A stretch of DNA of 15,100 nucleotides from the IMG/VR virus record IMGVR_UViG_3300015174_000024, one strand, 5' to 3'. Shown here in pieces: positions 1 to 7,786 of this stretch. Position 1 is the first letter of the stretch; each line of letters starts with the position of its first letter. The position numbers were made by a program, and so were the translations under genes. Source of the stretch: a virus (Duplodnaviria > Heunggongvirae > Uroviricota > Caudoviricetes). Under the pieces are notes generated by a model that saw only the letters and a program-made list of their open reading frames with translations, had not been told where the DNA came from and searched no databases.

Positions 1-165
1 ATGGCAAAGCCGATCATCACGCTCAATGGCCTAAAAATCGTCATTATGTTGGGAATGCTGGTCATTATTCTCTGCGGTATCCGTTTTGCCGCCGAGATCA
101 TCGTGCCGTTTATTCTCGCATTATTTATTGCTGTTATATATAACTTATTTCGCATAACACATTGA
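1..165 (+). pseudogene. tqsA: 5' fragment of AI-2 exporter gene tqsA (ydgG); first ~46 codons intact, then the frame diverges at about nt 138 and stops at 163-165
   Basis: Translation [46 protein letters not shown] matches my memory of the E. coli TqsA N-terminus; the following codons (YNLFRITH, stop) do not, and AT-rich element-like DNA follows. Identification is from memory, not a search. Confidence 0.5.
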
Positions 166-250
166 TTTAATTAAATAATTAACACCGCAAAAAGTGCCAA
201 AAATCGCAAAATGACTACACCAGTGACTACACCGTTCGGTGCACTGTATG

Positions 251-281
251 AAACAACGTGGAACAAATAGACACAAGAAAT
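251..281. repeat. 10-bp-phased direct repeats AACAACgtgg / GAACAAAtag / CACAAGaaat, preceded by TGACTACACC x2 (212-233) and phased A-tracts (189-211)
   Basis: Read directly in the sequence. The same AACAACGTGGAACAA core recurs at 7715-7729 and a related phased array at 13790-13836. Confidence 0.6.
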
Positions 282-863
282 ATACAGGCGGATCATCTTT
301 CCAGGGGGAAGCACACCAATTCATGAGGGGCGTTAATGTCGATATGGGGATCCCCACCTACCGGAATTTTTTTCCGGTTAAACGTTAATCAGGCTGGTGG
401 GCTTTACCTGTTCGGTAGGTGTTATGATTATCGTAATACCTTTCCCCCAATGGGGTAAAAGCATCAACCGTAACGAAAGTCGTTATGGTTGCCACTGATA
501 CCCCAAATTTGGGTATCACGAGTAAGCCCCAAAATCTGGGTGTTACTCTTACTACCCAAACTACGGGTAGTTTCCGTAGTTTCATGGTCGAGTTGCAGAT
601 CTGCAACTCCCCCATTAACCACAGGCGAATTTCCGCCTTCGGTCATTCCTTAATCATCTGCGTAATCATAATGATTATTCAGCAAGCGCAATTTTGCGCT
701 TTGCTTAAAGTTCAGCGAGTTACCGCGCAGACTTCCTCAAATTGAGGTTTCCGAAAATATCAGCGGGTTAGCGATTAAGCTGACCATTAATTAAACTGCG
801 AAAATGTCGTAGTTGTGAGGGGTGTAGCCAACCCATTTTTGGGCCGTCGGGAATATCAACCAG

Positions 864-1145
864 TTACCGCCGCAACCGCTCCGGCTTCTTCCAGTGGTAC
901 GTTATTTTCTCCTTCTCCCGATACATCTCCACGCGGCGACGGTAGGCCAGCAACTCAAGAACTCTGGTTCGTATGTTGCGCATATCCACGCCATTAAGTT
1001 CTATACCATCACGGCGCATCACCTCAGCAACAACACGCGCATAGTTTTCGGCTGTCACGCTGTCCGGCTGCGTGGCCTGTTCGTCAGCCTGCTGGCTGAT
1101 TCCGGCAACGCGGCGGATTAATCCCGTTATTTCGGCTTCTGTCAT
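864..1145 (-). CDS. hypothetical protein, 93 aa, last gene of the packaging operon
   Basis: ATG at 1145 preceded by GAGGT Shine-Dalgarno, 13 nt downstream of the terL stop; no family recognised. Confidence 0.5.
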   Translation of the reverse strand: MTEAEITGLIRRVAGISQQADEQATQPDSVTAENYARVVAEVMRRDGIELNGVDMRNIRTRVLELLAYRRRVEMYREKEKITYHWKKPERLRR

Positions 1146-1158
1146 GCTGCTGACCTCA

Positions 1159-2820
1159 TTACACCCCGCTAAATTCTTCCAGTTTCTGGCGGTGGCTGTC
1201 GCTTATATCAAAAGCAAAATCCTCATGCTCTGCCTGGAATGTACCAAACGCCATCAGCGCCGCCACGCTCGGGTCTATCTTGTTCGGTGATTTTTTCTTG
1301 TTCGGCTTGATATTGGCGTTCGCGTCACTCTGCATCACGACGTTACTCATCGACCAGGACAACACCGGATCGCCACGATGCACAATCACCCTGCGGTTAA
1401 CAAAAACTTCGAACGATTTCGCCGCCGGACTGAATCTGAGGTAGGTTTGCGGGAACGGCTCCACCTCAAAACCTGCCCCCTGTAATTGCGTTCTGAGATG
1501 CGTGGCGTTCCACGTATCAAAGCCCACCAGCCTGATATTAAATTTCTCCGCGTCCTGCATGATGTCATCTCTGATCCGGTCGTAATCAATGCAGTCGCCA
1601 GGCGTTGTGCGTATCCAGCCTGCTTTAGCCCACTGACGATAGATGGCGCGGTTTTTATTGGCGGGGTTCTGTAGCTGAAATTCCGGCAGATAGTGACGGG
1701 AAACCAGCATAATGGTTTTACCGACCGGAAAGGCATAGCACACGCTGGAAATATCGCTGGTTGATGATAAGTCCAGCCCCGCGTAACACTCCTGGCCGTG
1801 TAAATCTTCCTCCGTGAACGTTCCGGCACACTCAGCCCATGCGCCGTTACCCATCCACGGGGTAGCCCCCTGGCACCAGATATTAAATCGCTTTGTCATC
1901 ATCTCCACCCACTGCGACGGAATACCCCGCGCTTTCTGGATGGTTGAGGCCAGTTTTTCACGATCGACGGAAACATCAATATTAGGGTTCGCCTTTATCC
2001 ACATCGCCGGATCATCAACCTCGTTTTCGTCGTCCAGTTCGTAAATCAGTACAAAAATTGAATCGTTAACCTCTTCGCCGTCCAGGATCTGGCAGCAATA
2101 ATCATAGTGCTGCTTACAGGCTGAAACGACGTTGCTGCCTGATGTGGTAATGGCAAATAACAGCCCTTCGGGACGTGCGCCCATCCCCAGCTCAAGCGCG
2201 GAATAAACGCCGTTATCGGGGTGCAAGTGGTATTCGTCCACGATGGAAAGGCTGGGGTTTGTTCCCTCGATGGTTGCCGCTTTTGCTGCCAGCGGCTTTA
2301 ACAGGCTGTTGCTTTTCGGGTGTATCACCTTATGCGCCTGAATATTCACCCGCCTGCGTAACGGTCGGGATAAAAGGCACATCTGACGCGCATCATCAAA
2401 GACGATCCGCGCCTGGTCACGGCTCACCGCTGCGGTGTAGATATCCTGCTGACCGTTCTCCATAATCAGAAACCAGTTAGCCAGAATCGCGGCGGTCGTG
2501 GATTTCGCATTTTTGCGCGGCACTTCGATAAAGGCGCTCGTGTATTTGCGCCGTCCGGTGGCCTTAACCTTAAAGCCGAGGATGCACGCAAAGGCGAACT
2601 GCTGCCACGGCTCCAGCTCAATGGGTCTGCCACGCATCGGTCCTTTTACGTGCGGGCACACCCTGGAAAAGGCAATAAACCGCTCCACAACCTCACGATC
2701 GAACGTGTAAAGGGGGCTTTTAAGGTCCGAAAAGTACCGTTTAACGGCCTGTTTCAGCCGTTTACAGGCCGGAATTTTGCCCGTTTTTACGTCTTCTGCG
2801 TACTTATTCCAGGCGGTCAA
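1159..2820 (-). CDS. terL: terminase large subunit
   Basis: 553 aa; Walker A-like PRKNAKSTT and IVDEYH Walker B-like motif followed by a nuclease-like C-terminal half. Start at 2820 is TTG with a GAGGA SD 5 nt upstream; first in-frame ATG is about 60 codons in. Overlaps the terS 3' end by 17 nt. Confidence 0.9.
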   Translation of the reverse strand: MTAWNKYAEDVKTGKIPACKRLKQAVKRYFSDLKSPLYTFDREVVERFIAFSRVCPHVKGPMRGRPIELEPWQQFAFACILGFKVKATGRRKYTSAFIEVPRKNAKSTTAAILANWFLIMENGQQDIYTAAVSRDQARIVFDDARQMCLLSRPLRRRVNIQAHKVIHPKSNSLLKPLAAKAATIEGTNPSLSIVDEYHLHPDNGVYSALELGMGARPEGLLFAITTSGSNVVSACKQHYDYCCQILDGEEVNDSIFVLIYELDDENEVDDPAMWIKANPNIDVSVDREKLASTIQKARGIPSQWVEMMTKRFNIWCQGATPWMGNGAWAECAGTFTEEDLHGQECYAGLDLSSTSDISSVCYAFPVGKTIMLVSRHYLPEFQLQNPANKNRAIYRQWAKAGWIRTTPGDCIDYDRIRDDIMQDAEKFNIRLVGFDTWNATHLRTQLQGAGFEVEPFPQTYLRFSPAAKSFEVFVNRRVIVHRGDPVLSWSMSNVVMQSDANANIKPNKKKSPNKIDPSVAALMAFGTFQAEHEDFAFDISDSHRQKLEEFSGV

Positions 2821-3160
2821 GCTCGTCCTCTTCTTCTGTTTCCGGTGGGTTTTTACGGCGGCTTATCGGGTCAAAACCGAGCAAGGAGGCCATTTTTATC
2901 ATCACCCTTTCAGCGTCTGATTTCGCGCTTAATGCGGGGTTTCTGCTCTCGCCGCCCTGACTGTTAACAATGCTGAACCCGCGCGCCGCAAGGTCTGCGA
3001 CGGCTTTCCGGTACATGGAGTAGTTGACACAATACAGTTCCAGATTGCTCCAGTCGGCGGGGGTCAGGTCTCCCCGTTCCGCAAGCTGCCGCGATTTTTC
3101 CCGCCACTGCTTCACGGCGATGTCATCCAGGTAGGCGGGGGCTTTCGGTGGTCTTGCCAT
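2804..3160 (-). CDS. terS: terminase small subunit (P27-family-like)
   Basis: 118 aa; LELYC..Y..Y motif and acidic C-terminus typical of P27-type small terminases; sits immediately upstream of and overlapping terL. Confidence 0.75.
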   Translation of the reverse strand: MARPPKAPAYLDDIAVKQWREKSRQLAERGDLTPADWSNLELYCVNYSMYRKAVADLAARGFSIVNSQGGESRNPALSAKSDAERVMIKMASLLGFDPISRRKNPPETEEEDELDRLE

Positions 3161-3448
3161 GCTTATTTTTCGTCAGATTATTTTTCAAAAAATTCCCGTG
3201 CATAAAAATTTGAGGAGGCGTTCGGTGCCCGGCGGGGTCGGGTTTGTCCTGAAAACGCCCCCCACCCCGTCATACAGCCTCATCAGCGATTGCGGAAACA
3301 TTCCATAACCTCGCGGTCACGGTCGGTTAATCGCTTCGCTGTGATGCGTTCTGCGCGTCCTGACGCTTTATCTTTATGCCCTGTTTCCTGTGTCTTCCAT
3401 GCGTCACGCTGCCTTATAAGTCCACGGATAAGGCGGTTTTGTTCCCGC

Positions 3449-3889
3449 TCATTCATCAGCGTCATACATCCAGTTATTGCGGTTAGCGGCCCGTTCTTCC
3501 TCTTCACGAAATCCACCTGCGGCACGCTTGCTTTTTGTTGCCGGATCAAGCCATTTCGTTTTCTGGTTATGACACGCCTGGCACAATGGTTGATGGTTCC
3601 ATTCGGGCCAGAAGAGAACATCATCACCGCCATTAATCGGGATAATGTGATCCACCACCACGGCGGGCGTATATATCCCCTTCTCAAGGCATCGCACGCA
3701 TAACGGGTTTTTACTCAGATACATGGCGCGGTATTTGTCCCACTGTCTGGAATATCCACGCGCGCGGCGGTGTCCTCGTCTGGCATCCTCTGCACGCCAT
3801 GCCGCCCGCCTGTGCTCCTCACACTTGCCGGATTTAACGCGCCTGTTACAGCCTGGTTCTGTGCATCGTCTTAATGGTTGCCACGGCAT
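3449..3889 (-). CDS. HNH endonuclease (packaging-associated)
   Basis: 146 aa; Cys-rich N-terminus, DHIIP...N...H motif and paired Cys (CQACHN); start overlaps the connector stop (TGATG). Confidence 0.85.
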   Translation of the reverse strand: MPWQPLRRCTEPGCNRRVKSGKCEEHRRAAWRAEDARRGHRRARGYSRQWDKYRAMYLSKNPLCVRCLEKGIYTPAVVVDHIIPINGGDDVLFWPEWNHQPLCQACHNQKTKWLDPATKSKRAAGGFREEEERAANRNNWMYDADE

Positions 3890-4185
3890 CAGTACACCCC
3901 CACATCACGGTAAGCCGTCCAGAGTGCGCCTATCGTCATGGGTACGCGTGTTTTTGCGTTATCCGCGACAATCTGGCGATTTTCATACAGGTGAGCGATA
4001 AACATCATGCAGCCAATCTTTATGGCTGGCGTGAACTCCAGCCCGTCATCAAAGCGCCTGCCTATGTGTATCTGGCACGCCTCAAGCGATGCGGCAATGT
4101 ATCCGCTGATTAACTGGTCTTCATCGTCGCCATCGATGCGGCAATGGAGTTTCACTTCTTCCAGGGTGATAAGTTCTTCTGTCAT
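3889..4185 (-). CDS. head-tail connector protein (gp6-like)
   Basis: 98 aa; LITLEEVKLHCRIDGDDEDQLI motif typical of gp6-like connector family; ATGA overlap with upstream gene. Confidence 0.7.
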   Translation of the reverse strand: MTEELITLEEVKLHCRIDGDDEDQLISGYIAASLEACQIHIGRRFDDGLEFTPAIKIGCMMFIAHLYENRQIVADNAKTRVPMTIGALWTAYRDVGVY

Positions 4186-4520
4186 TTTTCCGCGCCCTCA
4201 CGACAAAGAATTTCAAGGCGTGTCCTGGCGGCATCCGGCAGCGGCTGCCCGATGATATTCAGTACACGCCCCGCCAGCGGCCCCGTACTGACCTTTATCC
4301 GGCTGGTGGCGTTGATGTCCTTCCGGTACCGTATCCAGATCCTTACGGTACCAATCGCCAGCTCTGCGCCCGATGAAATGGCCTCCTTGCTGCTGACCAT
4401 GTTCACGCTTGCCCAGAGTGTGTGACCGTCCTCCCACGTTTCGAGTATTTCGCCGGTTATATCCCTGGTCTGTTTCAGGGTCTGAATCGTTATCCTGTCA
4501 CGCAGTCGCCCTATGTTCAT
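4182..4520 (-). CDS. head closure / head-tail adaptor protein
   Basis: Start chosen at ATG 4520 (MNIGRLRDRITIQ...), which forms an ATGA overlap with the portal stop; the ORF-track upstream extension to 4562 lies inside portal. About 112 aa, family-typical N-terminus. Confidence 0.7.
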   Translation of the reverse strand: MNIGRLRDRITIQTLKQTRDITGEILETWEDGHTLWASVNMVSSKEAISSGAELAIGTVRIWIRYRKDINATSRIKVSTGPLAGRVLNIIGQPLPDAARTRLEILCREGAEK

Positions 4521-5728
4521 TCCGGTTTTTCTCCCTCGCTGATTTTTACTTCCTGTTTCCATGCCTGGCTGAACTCATCACCACCATCACGCGGTGACAG
4601 ACCTTCACGTTCGCGGGCTTCGTTCGGACACATAACGCCGGATTTGATGCCGCGCTCATAGGTGGCAAAGCGTTCGCCAGGTGTGGCCCGTAACAGGTCC
4701 GCGCTGTCAAACTCCACCTGATACCGGATACCAGGTACAGGCGAGGCCACCAGCAGGGCGTTTTTTATCTGCTGCTCAAAGTTCGCCAGCCACGGGCGCA
4801 TCGTCATGGTGAGAAATGCGCGGCTTGCCTCGCTGAAATTGCTGTAGGTGCTGTTGCTGTATTCCTGCAAAAAAATCGGCGAGACGTTGAACATTCGGGC
4901 GATGTCTTCAATGGTGAAGCGACGGGAGGCCAGCCATTCAGCATCCTGATTACTCATGCCCAGCTGCTGATAGCTCATACCCCCTTCAAGGATGGGCGTT
5001 TTTCCGGCGTTTCTGGCCCCTTTGTAGCGTTCCAGTGCGGCTAATGCCTGTTTGCCCTTCACGCCGTCCAGCCATTCGCCTGACGTGATAACCCCTGCCG
5101 CCATCATGCCATCACGCATCACGCTCGCGCCGTGGCGTTGTTGGGCCAGCCCAAGCCCCAGCGATTCGCGGCAGATGGTTACAGGTGAGCGCCCCATAAA
5201 GCCGTCATCCGTGGAGTAACGAAGGTGAAGTACTTCCCACGGTAAATAGTTGCGGGTGTTTCCGGTGTAGGCGTCAGTGATGCAGTAGCGCCAGTTGTGT
5301 TCGCCTGTCTGCTCCACGTTCACCGACTGCGGCGGGTAAGGATGTAAAGCCGCCGGAAAACCATCACGCCCCCACTGAATCACCGCATAAGCATTACCGT
5401 TTAACAGGCAGTGGCGGATCATCATTCGCTTAAACTGGTAGGGGGTTTGCCATGCGTTCGGGCGCTCGTTGAGGATGTGATCGACCGGATGAGAATCAAG
5501 CCACTCGCGGGCCTCCTTCCCCTTCTCATTGCGTACCAGGTACAGGTAACACGGCATGGTAGCCACCGCCTCAGAGATGACCGTCACGGCGTTCATGACG
5601 GCGGGCAGTGATTCCGCTGTCCCCGATGATACGTACTCACCCGCCCCCGTGTTCGATGTGCCAGCCAGCGCCATAAATTCATCCAGCGTCATGCTGCGCT
5701 GCTCTTTTTTTCTTCTGAAAGGCCACAT
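4517..5728 (-). CDS. portal protein (HK97 family)
   Basis: 403 aa; size, position between protease and adaptors, GGGGG SD 6 nt upstream of ATG 5728. Confidence 0.85.
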   Translation of the reverse strand: MWPFRRKKEQRSMTLDEFMALAGTSNTGAGEYVSSGTAESLPAVMNAVTVISEAVATMPCYLYLVRNEKGKEAREWLDSHPVDHILNERPNAWQTPYQFKRMMIRHCLLNGNAYAVIQWGRDGFPAALHPYPPQSVNVEQTGEHNWRYCITDAYTGNTRNYLPWEVLHLRYSTDDGFMGRSPVTICRESLGLGLAQQRHGASVMRDGMMAAGVITSGEWLDGVKGKQALAALERYKGARNAGKTPILEGGMSYQQLGMSNQDAEWLASRRFTIEDIARMFNVSPIFLQEYSNSTYSNFSEASRAFLTMTMRPWLANFEQQIKNALLVASPVPGIRYQVEFDSADLLRATPGERFATYERGIKSGVMCPNEAREREGLSPRDGGDEFSQAWKQEVKISEGEKPE

Positions 5729-5729
5729 A

Positions 5730-6287
5730 TCACACCCCCGCTAAATCCACCCACCAGCGGCGATTATCCGCACGCGGCATTTTTTCGGGGTGCTGCTCAT
5801 ACAGGGAACGGCGGGCCAGCTCCACGCCGGAATCGGGGTAAGCCGGTACCGATGTAACGGTAATTTCGTACAGTTCCGCCACCAGCACGGTGCGCACGCA
5901 TGGATCTGTTGTGGTATCCCATACATCCTTACGGGAGCGAAAGCCAAAGCTCATCCCCGAGATGTCCCCACGCTTAACCAGTTCGATAACGTCGCGCCCT
6001 GTACTGGTATCCGGTGGGGTCAGTTCAAAGCGTAACCCTGTTTCGTCCTCTTCCAGTTTCAGCGTGCCGGAACGGGTGCGCCCCAGTAACATGCTGTGGT
6101 CATGCTCATACAGGCCTCGAACGTCATTACCCGCCGCAAGCCACTCAGTAAACGCCCCCCGCTGGAATTTTTCGTAAAACTCCCCCCATAGCAGTTCTGA
6201 AAGCTTATCCCAGCGAACAACGTAGCCCGTCAGCGTACCGGCTCCGCTGGTAGTGATTTCCGATGACCGGATTTCCATACTCTTCAT
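5730..6287 (-). CDS. prohead maturation protease (HK97 family)
   Basis: About 185 aa; GYVVRWDK and HDHSMLLGRT motifs. Start placed at ATG 6287 (GGTGA SD); ORF is open to ATG 6302, which lacks an SD. Confidence 0.8.
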   Translation of the reverse strand: MKSMEIRSSEITTSGAGTLTGYVVRWDKLSELLWGEFYEKFQRGAFTEWLAAGNDVRGLYEHDHSMLLGRTRSGTLKLEEDETGLRFELTPPDTSTGRDVIELVKRGDISGMSFGFRSRKDVWDTTTDPCVRTVLVAELYEITVTSVPAYPDSGVELARRSLYEQHPEKMPRADNRRWWVDLAGV

Positions 6288-6302
6288 AATTTTTTCACCC
6301 AT

Positions 6303-6330
6303 AAAACACTAAAGGGGCTTTTAAGCCCCT
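6303..6330 (-). terminator. hairpin plus U-rich tract between capsid and protease genes (possible attenuator)
   Basis: Minus strand reads AGGGGC-ttaaaa-GCCCCT followed by TTAGTGTTTT, directly after the capsid stop. Confidence 0.4.
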
Positions 6331-6341
6331 TCTGTATGCTG

Positions 6342-7499
6342 TTAATCGTCGTCCTGTGGCAGTTCCAGAATCTTGATCGCGTTCGAATCCACCACGCCAC
6401 CGCCTAAATATTTCTGCGTGAAAATTTTGATGAAGCCCGGCTCTGTGAGGTTGTCCGGTCTGGTGCGAACACCTGTTTCGTGATCAACAATGTAGTAACC
6501 GCGTTTGAAGTCACCCAGGGCAATAACGTTATCCGGCATAAACTCCAGATATTCGACCGGAAGGCCCAGTAACGTATCAGGATCACCCGCCTGTAAACGG
6601 TCGCGCCAGATGTAATCACCGTTCGCGTTCTTCACCTTCTGAAGTTTTGCCGCCGTCGTGGAGTTAACCACCCAGACCGCGTTTTTGCGGTATTTTTTAC
6701 GTAATGCAAATTTCAGGTCGATCAGCGGGTCCGCAGATGTCCACGCCAGAGATTCGGAAGGTTTAATTACCTGCAACGTACCAAAATCACGCTCTTTGTC
6801 GTTCTTCTCTGCACGGGGTACGGATAAAAAGCCTTTTGCTTTTTTGTCACCGTCGCCCACAACCAGATCGCTTTCTTCGGTTTCCGTGAAGTTGTCGCCA
6901 ATCTCGCCCGTCAGCCATGAAAGGATGTCCACATCGGAAAAATCCACGATTTCCTGCGTGGTGCGCGGGTACGCATAGACCGGATACAGCTTAATGCTCA
7001 CCTCGTTAATCTGCGGGGTGCTGGTCTGTTCGCGTGCCTTACCCTCTTCACCGTGGTTAACGGTCGCACCGCCAGCGGAAACAAGCTGCTTAAACTCGTT
7101 GCTGCTGATTTTCTTCACGGTACAGATGCGGCGCATGGTGGATTCATCCGTCAGCATTCGCATGATTTCGGTGTTCAGTTCGGGGATAACGGTATAACCA
7201 CCATCAGCGGGAACGCCTGTACTTAATGCGCGGGTTTCACCTGTCAGAATGTAGTGACGTAGTTCGGCTGGGTCAGTGGTCTGACTGCTTTTACCTGGCT
7301 TGCTGCGCTCTTCGTCTGCAATGGCTTCAAGGCGGGAAATGTCTTTATCGAGGGATTCAGCTTTAGCGCGTAATTCGTCAAATTTTGCGCCCTCAGCATC
7401 GTTAAGACTGCGGTTTTCTTTTTCCGCGTTCTCCAGCATGTCGCGCATCTGATTTTTAATGGCGGTTTTCTGCTGGCGTAATTCGATTATTCTCGGCAT
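6342..7499 (-). CDS. major capsid protein (HK97 fold) with N-terminal coiled-coil delta/scaffold domain
   Basis: 385 aa; charged coiled-coil N-terminal ~100 aa, then capsid-like body; followed by protease and portal. Confidence 0.9.
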   Translation of the reverse strand: MPRIIELRQQKTAIKNQMRDMLENAEKENRSLNDAEGAKFDELRAKAESLDKDISRLEAIADEERSKPGKSSQTTDPAELRHYILTGETRALSTGVPADGGYTVIPELNTEIMRMLTDESTMRRICTVKKISSNEFKQLVSAGGATVNHGEEGKAREQTSTPQINEVSIKLYPVYAYPRTTQEIVDFSDVDILSWLTGEIGDNFTETEESDLVVGDGDKKAKGFLSVPRAEKNDKERDFGTLQVIKPSESLAWTSADPLIDLKFALRKKYRKNAVWVVNSTTAAKLQKVKNANGDYIWRDRLQAGDPDTLLGLPVEYLEFMPDNVIALGDFKRGYYIVDHETGVRTRPDNLTEPGFIKIFTQKYLGGGVVDSNAIKILELPQDDD

Positions 7500-7536
7500 A
7501 AAAAAAGTCCTGGGGTTAAGTAAGGAACTCCAGGAC
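7500..7536 (-). promoter_or_regulatory. terminator-like stem-loop plus T7 run immediately upstream of the capsid start codon
   Basis: Minus strand: GTCCTGG - 16 nt loop - CCAGGAC - TTTTTTT - ATG. The 3' arm contains the only SD-like AGGA. Confidence 0.35.
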
Positions 7537-7713
7537 GCGGCAAAAACTCAACCGTTTTTCATAAGGAAATCAGCAATCGCACCGATCGTTTTCCCGCCTG
7601 GTAATGAATATTGGCGAGAACATTAACAGGCGGAAAAGTGGCCCCAGCGTCCTGGCACCACGGGCGAGAATAATCATGATTCAGTTCGGGTAAAATATGC
7701 CGATCCGCTCAGT

Positions 7714-7740
7714 GAACAACGTGGAACAACCACGAACAAA
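7714..7740. repeat. 10-bp-phased direct repeats GAACAACgtg / GAACAACcac / GAACAAAtaa, about 220 bp upstream of the capsid operon
   Basis: Read directly; shares the 15-mer AACAACGTGGAACAA with 252-266. Confidence 0.6.
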
Positions 7741-7754
7741 TAATTTACAAAACA

Positions 7755-7780
7755 TGACAAAAAGCCGGATTGCTCCGGCT
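7755..7780 (-). terminator. rho-independent terminator after the PerC-like gene
   Basis: Minus strand AGCCGGA-gcaa-TCCGGCT followed by TTTTTGT, 7 nt after the stop codon. Confidence 0.55.
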
Positions 7781-7786
7781 GTGTGA

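Noticed and set aside
145-745. Short ORFs (70, 76, 60, 86 aa) in the left-end region
   Set aside because: No ribosome sites, Cys/Trp-rich or low-complexity translations, mutually overlapping; the region is better described as structured noncoding DNA.
138-860. tRNA or tmRNA gene as integration target at the left end
   Set aside because: No cloverleaf-compatible segment with a conserved T-loop (GTTCRANYC) was seen; the junction falls inside a protein-coding gene instead.
1386-2044. 147-aa and smaller ORFs inside the terL span
   Set aside because: Alternative-frame or antisense ORFs within a clearly recognisable terminase large subunit.
3283-3703. 134-aa and 137-aa ORFs on both strands
   Set aside because: Overlap the HNH gene in other frames with no ribosome sites and implausible composition; the 3161-3448 part is better explained as noncoding.
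7537-7760. P2 Ogr / P4 Delta-type late-promoter activator site (TGT-N12-ACA)
   Set aside because: Looked for it upstream of the capsid operon; only imperfect TGT-N12-AC(T) matches embedded in the GAACAA repeats, so I could not support it.
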